DNA of 37,096 bases from Welwitschia mirabilis (Eukaryota): positions 39,100,452-39,137,547 of the forward strand of contig JBOZIK010000001.1 in NCBI GenBank assembly GCA_051453625.1, read 5' to 3'. Position numbers and translations under genes: made by a program. Under the pieces are notes generated by a model that did not search any database, was not told the DNA's origin, and saw nothing but the letters and a program-made list of their open reading frames with translations. Position 1 is the first letter of the stretch. Each line of letters starts with the position of its first letter. Below, piece by piece: positions 12,541-25,107 of this stretch.

Positions 12541-13759
12541 TATTTATAATATATTACACCTATCACATTCATCCATTTGATGAAAATGTCCATGGTAGAT
12601 ATTAGTTTTTCTCTGTTGGTTTAAAGCTATTGGTTGTAATTATAAGGAGTTATCCTTACTACATTATTACAAACTTCTTTTTATGAATCATAGAAATATT
12701 TAAACTTTCTTGTAAATATTATAGAAATTCATTGTCTTTTCTTCTAAATCTTTTTATTAATGCTCCCCTTTTGTTTCATTGTAGAATACCCTTATCCATG
12801 ACTTTTAAACTGAGGATATGATATTCTGCCATCTATAATACAAAAATAAAAAGTTTTCTTTCTTTTTCTTCTATTTTCATTTAACATCATCTTTACTCTC
12901 ACTAGTTTATTTTTCTTAGAAATCTAACCATTATAAAAAACCATTACTAATAGTTTTTTATGTTTGGATTCTAAAAAAATACCTTTTTCATATGTGTTTA
13001 TGTAGATCTCTGAACTCATTTATCTTCTACAATATATCTTTAGAATTGGAAAAGGTCTCAAAGATATATTCTAAGGTAACCAAAGAATTGACAAAGTTTA
13101 ACAATCTAAAGTGGAAATCTCAAATGTGAGATAAGTGTCTAGACATCATTAAACTTCAATTTTCTAATGAAAATATTTTGATGTATAGGAATTTATAATG
13201 TTAACTAAGGAATATTTCAATAATTTATTATGCATAGGGTTATTACAAAGTTTTTCTTTTTTGCCTTCTCAAGAATGTAAATAAAATTTTTTTTTAAACA
13301 TTTATAAATCACAAAAAATTAATGAGTAATATGTATGGTTTTTTAATATTTAAAAGATGGCATAATAATAAGTATAAGAATTTGTATAAAGTAAACTAGT
13401 ATAAAATACAGGTATTTTTATCAAGAGTTTTGTAATATATAATTAAACAAATACCATTGTAATCTTAATATCACAACTTAATTTTCCTTAAGGGTTCTGA
13501 TACCATTTTGTAATACTCCAACTTACATTAATCTTATTAAATATCCCTTGTAAACTCAACTTAATTGAAACACTTAGCAAAACCTATAATCAACTTCTAC
13601 ATATACTTTACTAGTATAATCATACTTACTTAGGAAAAATAAATATTACAATTATTTATTATAAAATTATGTTATATCACTTTGATTTGCAAAAAATAGT
13701 GATATCTTACTTTTGTATCTTATTTTTCTTTCTAGTTTTTCACTGCACACAGATATATT

Positions 13760-16730
13760 ATACATGTTGATGCAATGTAAACTTATTATAATACATACAT
13801 GATATAGGTTTAGGATAATTCTTAATTAATAGAATAAGAGGTTACAACTCCTATTAATGAAATTCTAGATCCATACTCAGCCACCACCTAGATATGATTT
13901 GGTTCTACTCTGGATTCTAAACTATAATAAACATGATTTAACTCAACTTCATAGGTTTAAACATCACTTTAATATATTACTAAAAAGGATAGATAATACA
14001 TGAGTTGGATGCATGCTTACAAGTAACCATCACTTTTTTGAAGGATCTGAAAATGGTGTAACATGATCCTTTGATAATGGCTTAACATTATAAGTCAAAG
14101 TAAGTCCATATATGAGTAGGGTAGAAGAGTAATAACTAAATCAAATTCTAGAATGGTTTGACATAAACATGCAATAAAATCAACCTTGCTCATGAAATCA
14201 AAGTATGATGATGAAATTTACTAAGATTATCTTTGATTTAGTTATTATTAAATGTATACGCCATACATGTACATGCATATAATCCTAACTAATATGGCTA
14301 TTTAGTTGACTATTTACTTTAAAAAACTAATTTTTACTTTATTAGATTTATTTGATCACAAATAATCCTACATAGAAGGAAAGAAAAACATACATGATCT
14401 TTATTTCACATATTAAATGATAATTTCATTTGAAAAATATAGTAATGCAAGTAAGCTATTGTAAATGAATTCTCTTCTTTGACAGTAATAAAACTATTTT
14501 TAAAATAAATCACAAAGCAACTTTAGAGTTATTTTTGACAACAATAATATTCTATGCATTAAATTGTTCCCTTTTTTAATCCCTTTCTCTAAGTTCAACT
14601 AGTAACTTTCTAACATGATTAATAAAGAGAAAATAGAAACATAAGACATAATTATTACTTAAAATTCATGTTACTATAAATAAATAAAGGTAATAAAATA
14701 AAAAATAACTAATTTAAGCTAATTAGATTACCAAAATAAAAACCTCCATAAATTTCTAAATATATTTATGAGAGTGAATGTATGTAAGGAAGAAGAGGAC
14801 CTTATATATAAATGAGAAATATTAATAATATTATAAAGGTAAAATAATATTAAGATAATATTATAAACAAGAAGTATTAATAATATTTCTTATATAATAA
14901 ATTCACTTACTATTTAAGAGCAAGGCCTTAATAAGAAGTTGTACTATACTAAAGAACATTTAGCAAAAATAATGAAAAAAATAGAATTATTTTAATTATC
15001 ATTTATCTTAAATCCTTAAACTATTATTATAATTTTTGTAAATACATTTTCTATGATTAATATCAGTACTTATAATGTTTATATCTTTTTAAGAAATATT
15101 AAAAATAAAAGTTAATAATTAATTATATAAAAAGCTAAAAATATTGTATGATAACTTTCCTTAAAGTAGGCTGATGAAAGGGTCTCCAAAAATTAAATCC
15201 ATTAATTTTAAATTTATATAAGTATATTTTTTAATCATATTTTAAGTATAAAAACTATCTAAATTTTTAGAAAACTAATAATACCAAACCACATTAAAAA
15301 GATCATAACTTTGAAACTACTTTGAATTTTTAAGTAATTAAGAATTCTTTGAAAAGTCTATTCAATTATCTATAACTTACAACATTCATTTATTAATAAA
15401 CAATAAGTACTAAGTATATACTTGAAAAGTAATTGTTTGTTATTTGTTGTGTAAACTTTCTAAGTTATTTTCCTTTTAAGTTATTTTCATTAAATAATTT
15501 TTAAAAAATTATTGAGTCTCAGAAAAATTGCTATTTTTAATTTTTTGTAATCTCAACTAAATATTAGACTTGTAAAAGATATCTCATTAATGTTAATCAA
15601 TATTTAATAATTTATAATATTTTTCACCTATATTACCATTTTCCAAAAAAGGAACTTTATCTATACAAGAACATAGAAATTCATATGCAAATCTAGGAAA
15701 ATATAGTTGATAAAGTTAATATAAATAACTTATCTATTTATTCCATTTTACATACAAAATAAATTTAAACTAATAAAAATATACATTAATTAGAAAAGTC
15801 AATGCGTATAACTACTTTACAAGTAACCAATTTAATGAGTTAGGATTACTATGAAGGATTATCTAACATAAATGAAGTTTGAGGATCTATAATGTTTCAT
15901 AATAAGAAGATTATAATGCACATGCATAACTATAAAAAGCATTTAATAATTCATAAGAAACACAAGTACTTGTATATTATAGTAAACCCACTAGCCACTT
16001 GGCCAAATGTTTTCATTATTAATCTCACAAGCCAAGCATGTAAACAGATCTCTCAATCCTCATCTTGTTTACAGATAAATGAAAGGGATGTTATTAATAA
16101 AAGAAACATTATAATTAGCATATATAATAAATACAACATTGAATTGATAATATTGATTAATTACAAGTTAGTTGAGATTGAGTGATAAGTGACATTACAG
16201 TTAGCATAAGTAGGTTTCCTCTATTTATTTTATTCCTATGTTGTATTTTATTCCTATGAGTATATTGAATTAGATAAGCTTGGTTAATCACAAGTTAGTT
16301 GAGATTAAGTGATAAGTGACATTAATGTATGAATGACAAGAAGACATCAAATTTATAACTCATGCACCTACCTAAGGTGAGTAACTCTCTTTTTTGAATT
16401 AGCGATATTAATTACATATATTATTTCCTCATGCTAGTTCCTTCTTAATCCTTCTCATATATATTTAACAATGTATAATATGCATTGAAATAATAATTTT
16501 TTTTGGCATAAATTTAAAAATTACCATGTATTGCAATGAGATAAGTTTTTTTCAATTCCAATGAAGAAGAAAACAAATAGCTTATAAACCAAGTACTTTT
16601 ATAAATATCAGGAAGGATAAAAGTCATGATGGAATAAAATCTACTCTTTCATCATTGAGAGGGCATGTACTTATTCACACTTTTATTAATTTCAAAATCC
16701 GTCAACACAAACACAAGAAAGAAAATGTCA
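13760..16730. repeat. Old repeat block, copy 2
   Basis: See 9551-12540. Example: ggttctactctggattctaaactataataaacatgat vs ggttctactttaagttctaaactatacaaacatgat. Confidence 0.6.
16162..16324. repeat. ~36-bp direct repeat
   Basis: acaagttagttgagattgagtgataagtgacatta occurs near 16163 and again, with one mismatch, near 16290. Confidence 0.75.
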
Positions 16731-17455
16731 TAATAAAAGGTAGTACACTTAAACTTTGTATTCATCTTTTTTACAAACTACGTTAATCATTTACTATTAC
16801 TAAGTAATTTTAATTTTCTAATTTATCCAAGATCAATTATTACAATGCTAATGCCTTGAACATACTAAACATAGCGTCTTACATTCAAACTCCTACATTA
16901 GCAGAGGCATATAATTTGCATGAACTGAAGTGCCACTGGGTGTTTATGTCATACATATTTACCTATTTATCATACCCTCTTAAAAAAATTGTGTTTTAAC
17001 TTGAATGAGATAGATGAATAAATAATAAAAAGATTTTATATGGCATTTATATAAATATTTTATTATTATTTTGTATCTTCTTGTAGAAATTTTCATTTAG
17101 TAATTTTACCATGTAAATTGGATACCTTTACATAAGTAAAATTATTTGATTTTAAATTTTAGATAGGTTTCATTTATTAAATTACTTTTAATAACAATTT
17201 TAATGAAATGATTATAAAAAAATACTAAAAGTATAAAAACTATTAAAAATTAAGATTTACTACTTAAAAAATTATTTAAGCATTTATAATTTAAAATTAG
17301 GTATAATGTATGTGACATAAAGAAAATAAAATGACATGATTGACTATAAAATAAATATTAATTTCTATTAAGCCTTTAATTAAATAAGGTTTTCATTCTA
17401 AAAATTCAATATAAAGAAGTACCATGTAATTAAAAGATTAACTTGTCTGATATGT

Positions 17456-17470
17456 AAGTGATTATAAGTT
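17456..17470 (+). repeat. Left target-site duplication of the LINE
   Basis: AAGTGATTATAAGTT matches AAGTAATTATAAGTT at 33616-33630 (14/15), which overlaps and follows the poly(A). Confidence 0.75.
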
Positions 17471-17789
17471 TAAGAATTAATAACAAATAGAACTCGCTGG
17501 TCTAGACTTGGGGCAGAAGGAAACATTTTAGATAGGAGTGTATCTAGAGCACAAGAGAAAGCTAGGGTTTGGAAGACTTTAGATCGGTGAGGGCAGTTTT
17601 NNNNNNNNNNNNNNNNNNNNNNNNNNNNNNNNNNNNNNNNNNNNNNNNNNNNNNNNNNNNNNNNNNNNNNNNNNNNNNNNNNNNNNNNNNNNNNNNNNNN
17701 TTAGTTCCAAGCAACTACAATGCGTAGGGGGTGATACCAGCCACTAGACAGATAAACTTTAGGTAAGTTGTGGAATCTCATTGTTACTT

Positions 17790-18938
17790 CTATGCTAATT
17801 TGATTTAGGGTTTACAGAGGGGCTTGTTCCCCAAAATTGAGAAGATCCAATTCTTCAAGGAGTGAAAAACCTAGTCTTAGTCTTAGATATTGATGAAGGT
17901 ACTTGTTTGGAGATAGAGAAGAAACTCCAATATGGTTTAATTGGTAAGTCCATTTCATCAGGTCCAAGACCCAGGCTTAATCTTATCATAGAATGGATAG
18001 CAACAAAATGGATAAAGGTTAGTAAAGTTAAATTTATTATTATGCCAGAAGGATTAGTGCTTTTTTAGTTTGATAATGAATGAGATCAAGAAGAGATTAT
18101 TACAAGAGGACCCTAGTTTTTTGGACTGAGGGAATTCACCTAGCTAAATGGATGCTAGGGGCACAATCAAAACTAAACCTTTTTAGGAAACTACCAATAT
18201 GAATCCCCATCCAAAAGTTTCCTCTAGAGTTTTGGAATGAAGACCTACTAAGGAAAATCACATCACAGTTTGGTGAACTTGTTAAGCTTGATAGAATAAC
18301 TATTAAATAGACGAGGCTAGTCCTTGCTAGATCATGCATTTGGATGAGCTTAAAAGATAAAAAGGAGACATAATCTATTAAGTTCAGATCCAACTGGGGC
18401 ATATATGACCTTGAAGTTATCTATGAGAACCTCTCGGTTCTATGTAAAATTTGTGAAAAGTCAAGATGCATCTTAGGAAGATGCATTTCTACAAAAAAGA
18501 GATGTTCCCATTGTGGGAGAATGGGTCATGTAAGGGAAATGCAGAAAAAAGTTAATAGACATTGAAGAAAAACAAAAAAAAGCCTATTTTTTCGTTGAAA
18601 AAACTAAACACAATCAAAGCAACTATTGACATAAATAAAAGAAGAAGAAAATGGTGAAGAGCACTATGGTCTTCCCCAAGGAAAGTAAGGAAAATAAGGA
18701 ACAGGAGAAGTAGTACAACTTCTTCCAATCTCTTATAGAAGAAGAGGACATTCAGTAACTTTAAAATCCATTAACCATAGAAGAGTCGAATGATGTGAAA
18801 GTTTAGATGATAGGAAGACCTAGCAATAAAACCCTCTAAGGAAGGGAAACTAAAGAGAATGTGGCTAATAGCTCTCAAGATACTATTGAAGATACTCTGA
18901 AAAGGTTAAGCTTTCAGAAAGGGGCAAAAATAGACTTA
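17790..18938 (+). pseudogene. LINE ORF1 (DUF4283-like + zinc knuckles), decayed
   Basis: YGLIGK...WIATKW...GLVLF*FDNE*DQEEIITRGP*FF...HLAKW...LPI*IPIQKFPLEFWNEDLLRKITSQFGELVKLD...LARSCI...VIYENLSVLCKICEKSRCILGRC...CSHCGRMGH is a typical plant L1 ORF1. The start is approximate. Confidence 0.85.
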
Positions 18939-20523
18939 ATGGATTGTCTCTCTTAGAACTGCAGGGGATTAGGATTCTCCTATAAGAAAAAACCCTAAGA
19001 CATCTTATCAGTTAATTTAATATTAAATTAGTTTCTCTATAGAAAATAAAAATGAAGGATGGTATGACACTAGAGAATCTAGGATAGCAGTGAAACACTT
19101 TTACCTATACAGCCTAAGGAAACTTAAGAGGCCTCATGATTCTCATGAATAAGGAGGCAAATTTAGTTAACTGCAATAAGAACCACATAACTATCTTTTT
19201 GAAGGAATAATGCTAGACTATAATAAACATTTATAATCCTCAAAATAATCAAGATAAAGCTTTCACTTTAAGGGACTTATAGTATANNNNNNNNNNNNNN
19301 NNNNNNNNNNNNNNNNNNNNNNNNNNNNNNNNNNNNNNNNNNNNNNNNNNNNNNNNNNNNNNNNNNNNNNNNNNNNNNNNNNNNNNNNNNNNNNNNNNNN
19401 NNNNNNNNNNNNNNNNNNNNNNNNNNNNNNNNNNNNNNNNNNNNNNNNNNNNNNNNNNNNNNNNNNNNNNNNNNNNNNNNNNNNNNNNNNNNNNNNNNNN
19501 NNNNNNNNNNNNNNNNNNNNNNNNNNNNNNNNNNNNNNNNNNNNNNNNNNNNNNNNNNNNNNNNNNNNNNNNNNNNNNNNNNNNNNNNNNNNNNNNNNNN
19601 NNNNNNNNNNNNNNNNNNNNNNNNNNNNNNNNNNNNNNNNNNNNNNNNNNNNNNNNNNNNNNNNNNNNNNNNNNNNNNNNNNNNNNNNNNNNNNNNNNNN
19701 NNNNNNNNNNNNNNNNNNNNNNNNNNNNNNNNNNNNNNNNNNNNNNNNNNNNNNNNNNNNNNNNNNNNNNNNNNNNNNNNNNNNNNNNNNNNNNNNNNNN
19801 NNNNNNNNNNNNNNNNNNNNNNNNNNNNNNNNNNNNNNNNNNNNNNNNNNNNNNNNNNNNNNNNNNNNACTTTAACCAATGCCTATACTATTGGGAGAAA
19901 TCAGGGGGAGATAACTAGAATTCCAAAGGGGCTATAATTCTTAAAGATTTCATGACACAAAATGCCCTTGTAGACTTTCCTCTCACTAGGTATAAATACC
20001 CTTGGTCCAATAGAAGGATAGAAAACAATCATAATGTCTAGAATTAATAAAATTCTTATGGAAAAGGACTTAGCAGTCCTCCCAATTGAAGCTTGTAGTC
20101 TAAATAGAATAGCTTTGGATCACCATTCAATCAAATATAGAATCGGGATGATAATGCCTCCAAGGATTCAATTTCGAATGGAATGTTTCTAGATTACCAG
20201 GACAAAAACTAGAACTCTAATAGAAAAAATTTCGATCTAGTATAACGATACTCAGCCATTAATCTTCCTCTACATAGGCCTCAACACCTTAAAATCTCAT
20301 ATAAATGACTAAGGGAGGAAAGACAAAGAAAGATTTAAATCCAAAAAGAACCTTGAAGAAGAGACCCAGAGAATCCAAACTAAGAAAGAAGAGGGGAAAG
20401 AATAAGATAACCTTCATAATAGGGAATATCAGTGCCTTATGAAATTCAAAGAGATAAATGTTGATGAGGAAAAATAATAGAGAAAATGATTAGGAATAAA
20501 GTGGGTTAAGGAGGGGGACAAAC
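18939..20523 (+). pseudogene. LINE ORF2 N-terminal part: APE endonuclease and linker
   Basis: MDCLS*NCRGLG (SWNCRGLG), INIYNP (NVYxP), LVDFPLTRYKYPWSNRR (FTWSN), SRINK (RLDR), DHHSI (SDH), QFRMECF* (FRFExxW). It ends WVKEGDK at the LTR junction. Confidence 0.88.
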
Positions 20524-21571
20524 TGATGCACTGCCAAATTGTATGCATTTGATGGAGTGTTATGAGCTATTTTATAGGACTTTTATATAAGTTTAGATGC
20601 AAATCTAAGGATTTTGAAGTGTTATTGAATAATCACTAAAGTACGTAATTCTTGCATATTTATAGGCATTTTATAAACTTTCTAATTCTCATTAATTTAG
20701 AAGAATATTACTAATGTTAGAGTTAATTTCTCTTAAGTTGAAAATCTAAGGAAGACTATCCTTCCACTGTCGTCCCCATGACAGATAGGACGATAGCCTC
20801 AGACATGCCAAAATAGGATGCTGATTGGATTAGAGCTGAGACCAATGGAAGCTTGTTTTCTAAGGGTGTCATTCCCCATGTTGTCCCCATGACATGAAGG
20901 ACAACAAATCATAACATATGCACCATCACCCCTTGGTCATTCCCATAACTTATAACTATTAACCAACCTTTGACCATTTCATCCATTTCTTTTCTATAAT
21001 TCAGTGTATTTTGTAGTGTATTTTGTGAGTTAATTTTGCTTTGTAATCCTATAAATAAAACTCCCCCTTCAATTCTCCTCTCCATCTTCATTTGCACCAA
21101 ACATTCTCATGATTGGAGATCAAAGGGCTAGAGATTCATCTCACAAGTTATAGAAAAATGTTCGCTTGGTAAAGGGCTATGCATCCTCCATTAAGTCTCG
21201 GTTGTTTTGTAACCCAGACGTTGGTTCTTTCTTAATACAAAACTTTGTTTTTATTGTGCATCTTAATTTTGTCTTATTTTCCTTATGATTTATGTTGTCT
21301 TGATTTGTTAACAGTTTCATTAGTGATATAGGTCTTAATGGTAGCCTTTGTTAGGGCTAAAAGAAAATAGTCTTAGATTAATTGCATTTAGATTTAGCCG
21401 CATTTGTATTTGCATTACATCTTTAATTCCTGCATTGTTCTTCAATTTCGTTTACTATATTCTTTTGGAAAATTAATCCTTATTCTTCTTTCATAAGTCT
21501 TTAATGAGATATAACATTTAGGTCACTCTTATTCATACTAGAGTGTATATGCAAAAATATGCACTGTAACA
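20524..21571 (+). repeat. 5' LTR (1048 bp)
   Basis: TGATGCACTG...CACTGTAACA (TG...CA), TATAAATA at ~21049, homologous to 29133 onward. Confidence 0.88.
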
Positions 21572-21574
21572 TCT

Positions 21575-21592
21575 TGGCGTCATTGCCAGGGA
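21575..21592 (+). other. Primer-binding site, tRNA-Asp type
   Basis: TGGCGTCATTGCCAGGGA vs Athila-type TGGCGCCGTTGCCGGGGA: three transitions. It lies 3 nt after the LTR end. Confidence 0.85.
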
Positions 21593-22420
21593 AGGCTATT
21601 CAAAAGCATAAAGATTGTCATTATTTGAATGAGTAAATTGGATTTTTATTTAGTTATTTATCTATAGCGATGTTGTATTTTTAATTAGGAATTATAGGTT
21701 TTTAGTTTTTGGTTTTTTGGTTTTTTCGATATTAGTTATCATCCTATTTGTTGTCCCCATGACATTAGATATGACAGCACCAATTTTCTCAGTTTTAACT
21801 TTTGTCTGTGAGCTTTTCTTTTGTTTTTAGTTTTACTAGTTAAATAAGTATTATCTTGTTCATCGTTCCCATGACAAGATGGATGACTGTTTTGTTTTTA
21901 GCTTTTGGTTTTTAGATTATAGTTTCCTATTAGTATAATAATATTTCATTTTCATTGTCTCCTGCATCGTCGACATGACCAGAAGGATGATAGTCTATGT
22001 GTATTTTTGAATTTCAATTTTCTTCTTTACTAAATTTTTTATTTTATTTTCTATTATTTTAGAAAAATAGTAGATTGTTATGGCATGGTTGATACGAGAA
22101 GAAAATATTAGAGAAAAAAGGGATACTAATAGAAGAAAATATCGGAGAAGGACCAATTAACTTGGGAATAGAATCGAGAATGCAATCTCTAGGTGCATAT
22201 AATATCTCTTCTGAGTTTATTTTTACTAAATCCAATTTCCTAAAAAGAAATTTTTTAAAAGATAATGATAGTTATTAGACATCTTTTAAGCATTAAGAAT
22301 TCAGACAATTTTATTAAAACATTAAAGAAAGTAAAACTCGACTATCACTATGCACTTATCTTCATCTTGAATTAGATTATCTTTTTCCCATTCTTTTCAA
22401 TTATGAATAGTAATACAAGG

Positions 22421-22582
22421 ACTCTTGAGGAAATTCTTACTGAAAGAAGGAGAAACTTGAAAAATTTTGAGGATAATAATAAGAAAACACTTCAAGAGAT
22501 TTTTGTAAAAAGGAGGAGAAACTTAAAAGATTCTGAGGTTTATTATGAGAAAACACTTCAAGAGGTTTTTGAAAGAGGAAGA
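22421..22582 (+). repeat. 66-bp (22-aa) in-frame tandem repeat, ~2.5 copies
   Basis: TLEEILTERRRNLKNFEDNNKK / TLQEIFVKRRRNLKDSEVYYEK / TLQEVFERGR in ORF 22403-22615. Confidence 0.75.
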
Positions 22583-25073
22583 CCAATACAAAATGATGTT
22601 AAGAGTAGGGATTGAGTCCATTCCTCTTTTTAACCATCTTATTATTCCCATTCTTCTTTTCAAGCCTTATACAGAAATGATAATAAAAATCTTTCACAGT
22701 TTAGGGATTCCACCTCATTTAGAAAAACTTTCCACAGTTACTTATATCAATCCCATCCATTTCCTATACATTACTATGAAGAAGAACCATCTCACATGAA
22801 CTACTATGAGGAAGTAAATGATCCAATGAAAAAAATGATTGAGAAAGTAATGAAGAGCCAAGAAAATACCAACAAAAAGATAGATAATTTGGTTGAGATC
22901 CTTCAACAAATACTATTACAAAATTGAGGTTTTTTTACAATACNNNNNNNNNNNNNNNNNNNNNNNNNNNNNNNNNNNNNNNNNNNNNNNNNNNNNNNNN
23001 NNNNNNNNNNNNNNNNNNNNNNNNNNNNNNNNNNNNNNNNNNNTATCAATCCCATCCATTTCCCATACATTACTATGAAGAAGAACCATTTCACATGAAC
23101 TACTATGAGGAAGAAAATGATCCAATGAAAAAAATGATTGAGAAAATAATGAAAAGCCAAGAAAATACCAACAAAAAGATAGTTAATTTGGTTGAGATCC
23201 TTTAACAAATACTATTACAAAATCTAGGTTTTTTTACAATACAACAATCTCAGACCCATTCTTCTACATCCTACCTTGAGGAAAATGAGGAGAATTTAGA
23301 GACAAATGATAATGATTTTTGCTTTCAAATATAAGATGAAATTTCAAATCAAATTTCAAGATCTTACTCATTAGGAGATGAGCAAAAGTAATATAATAAC
23401 TCAACTTTATCTTTCACTAATAAAGATGAGGATGACAATTCATTACACGATGATATCAAGGTGTTAGATTATATCCCTAAAATACATTTACTACTAATGA
23501 CTAAAATGTTGTGACATGTTGCCAAAAACGGGTAACATGTCACCCTTTTTTCAAATTAAAAATGTCTTTAAGTCAGCCGACATTTTCAACTGATATTTTG
23601 AAAAAGTCATCTACATTTTATTGACTTTTTGCTAACTTTTTCAAAATGTCTCACACAGGNNNNNNNNNNNNNNNNNNNNNNNNNNNNNNNNNNNNNNNNN
23701 NNNNNNNNNNNNNNNNNNNNNNNNNNNNNNNNNNNNNNNNNNNNNNNNNNNNNNNNNNNATAATAACTCAACTTTATCTTTCAATAATAAAGATGAGGAT
23801 GACAATTCATTACACAATGATATCAAGGTGTTAGATTATATTCCTAAAATACATTTACTGCTAATGATTAAAATGTCATGACATGTTGCCAAAAAAGGGT
23901 AACATGTCACCCTTTTTCCAAATTAAAAATGTCTTTAAGTTGGCCAACATTTTCAACTAATATTTTGAAAAAGTCAGCTACATTTTACTGACTCTTTGCT
24001 TNNNNNNNNNNNNNNNNNNNNNNNNNNNNNNNNNNNNNNNNNNNNNNNNNNNNNNNNNNNNNNNNNNNNNNNNNNNNNNNNNNNNNNNNNNNNNNNNNNN
24101 NNNNNNNNNNNNNNNNNNNNNNNNNNNNNNNNNNNNNNNNNNNNNNNNNNNNNNNNNNNNNNNNNNNNNNNNNNNNNNNNNNNNNNNNNNNNNNNNNNNN
24201 NNNNNNNNNNNNNNNNNNNNNNNNNNNNNNNNNNNNNNNNNNNNNNNNNNNNNNNNNNNNNNNNNNNNNNNNNNNNNNNNNNNNNNNNNNNNNNNNNNNN
24301 NNNNNNNNNNNNNNNNNNNNNNNNNNNNNNNNNNNNNNNNNNNNNNNNNNNNNNNNNNNNNNNNNNNNNNNNNNNNNNNNNNNNNNNNNNNNNNNNNNNN
24401 NNNNNTAATAACATGCAACAAGATGATGAGAATGGTGAAGAAGAAGATAATGATGACATTGAAATATTAGATCATATCCCTTACTTTGTGATGAGGAAAT
24501 TCCACCTTTAATAGAAGTTTAACTTATGAGATTAATGAAGAATTTAAGTATTGAAACAAAATCAGTGAAGAATAGTCAGCTCAGTAATAGAAACTCAATC
24601 ACTAAAAATTATAATTATAGTTTAAAGTTAATAGAATTATTTAATAGAAAGGAAGAAGAGCCAACTCAGGAAATATTGAAAAATATTCCATTGCATAATA
24701 AAGACAATGACAACTTTCCTTTATATAATCTTTTCAATGATTTTTTTAATGAATCTACCAACTCAGAAAAGAAAAATAATCCTTAATAAAACAATACACA
24801 AGAGCATAATACAATCAATGATATTGATAATGAAGAAGAGGTAGATGTGATCAAAGAACATAATGAAGAAAGTAAAGAGAGCATTCAACCAAGTAATAAT
24901 AAAGTGAACAATGACAAGGAGAGGAATGAAGAAGAATTAATTAAAAATCAAATAAACTTAATGGAGAATAGACTTATACATTTCAATGAAACAAACTAAC
25001 TTAAAGAGTTTCTACATGTTTTTTTCATCTCTTTCACTTATATTGCCATGCAAAATCTAAAATGACATCCCTC

Positions 25074-25107
25074 CTTCTACTTCTACTTCTACTTCTACTT
25101 CTACTTC
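25074..25107 (+). repeat. (CTTCTA)5 microsatellite
   Basis: Direct reading. It explains the poly-Leu in ORF 25062-25292. Confidence 0.9.

Noticed and set aside
15892-16185. 97-aa ORF
   Set aside because: I/K/N-rich composition expected from AT-rich non-coding DNA, with no motif.
18136-18402. 88-aa minus-strand ORF (and similarly 32149-32358, 5859-6053)
   Set aside because: These are antisense shadows of LINE ORF1, ORF3 and Gypsy RT/RNase H respectively.
18937-18941. TAATG as an overlapping ORF1 stop / ORF2 start
   Set aside because: The best upstream reading (DTLKRLSFQKGAKIDL) is in frame with the ATG, and decay prevents assigning the true ORF1 stop.
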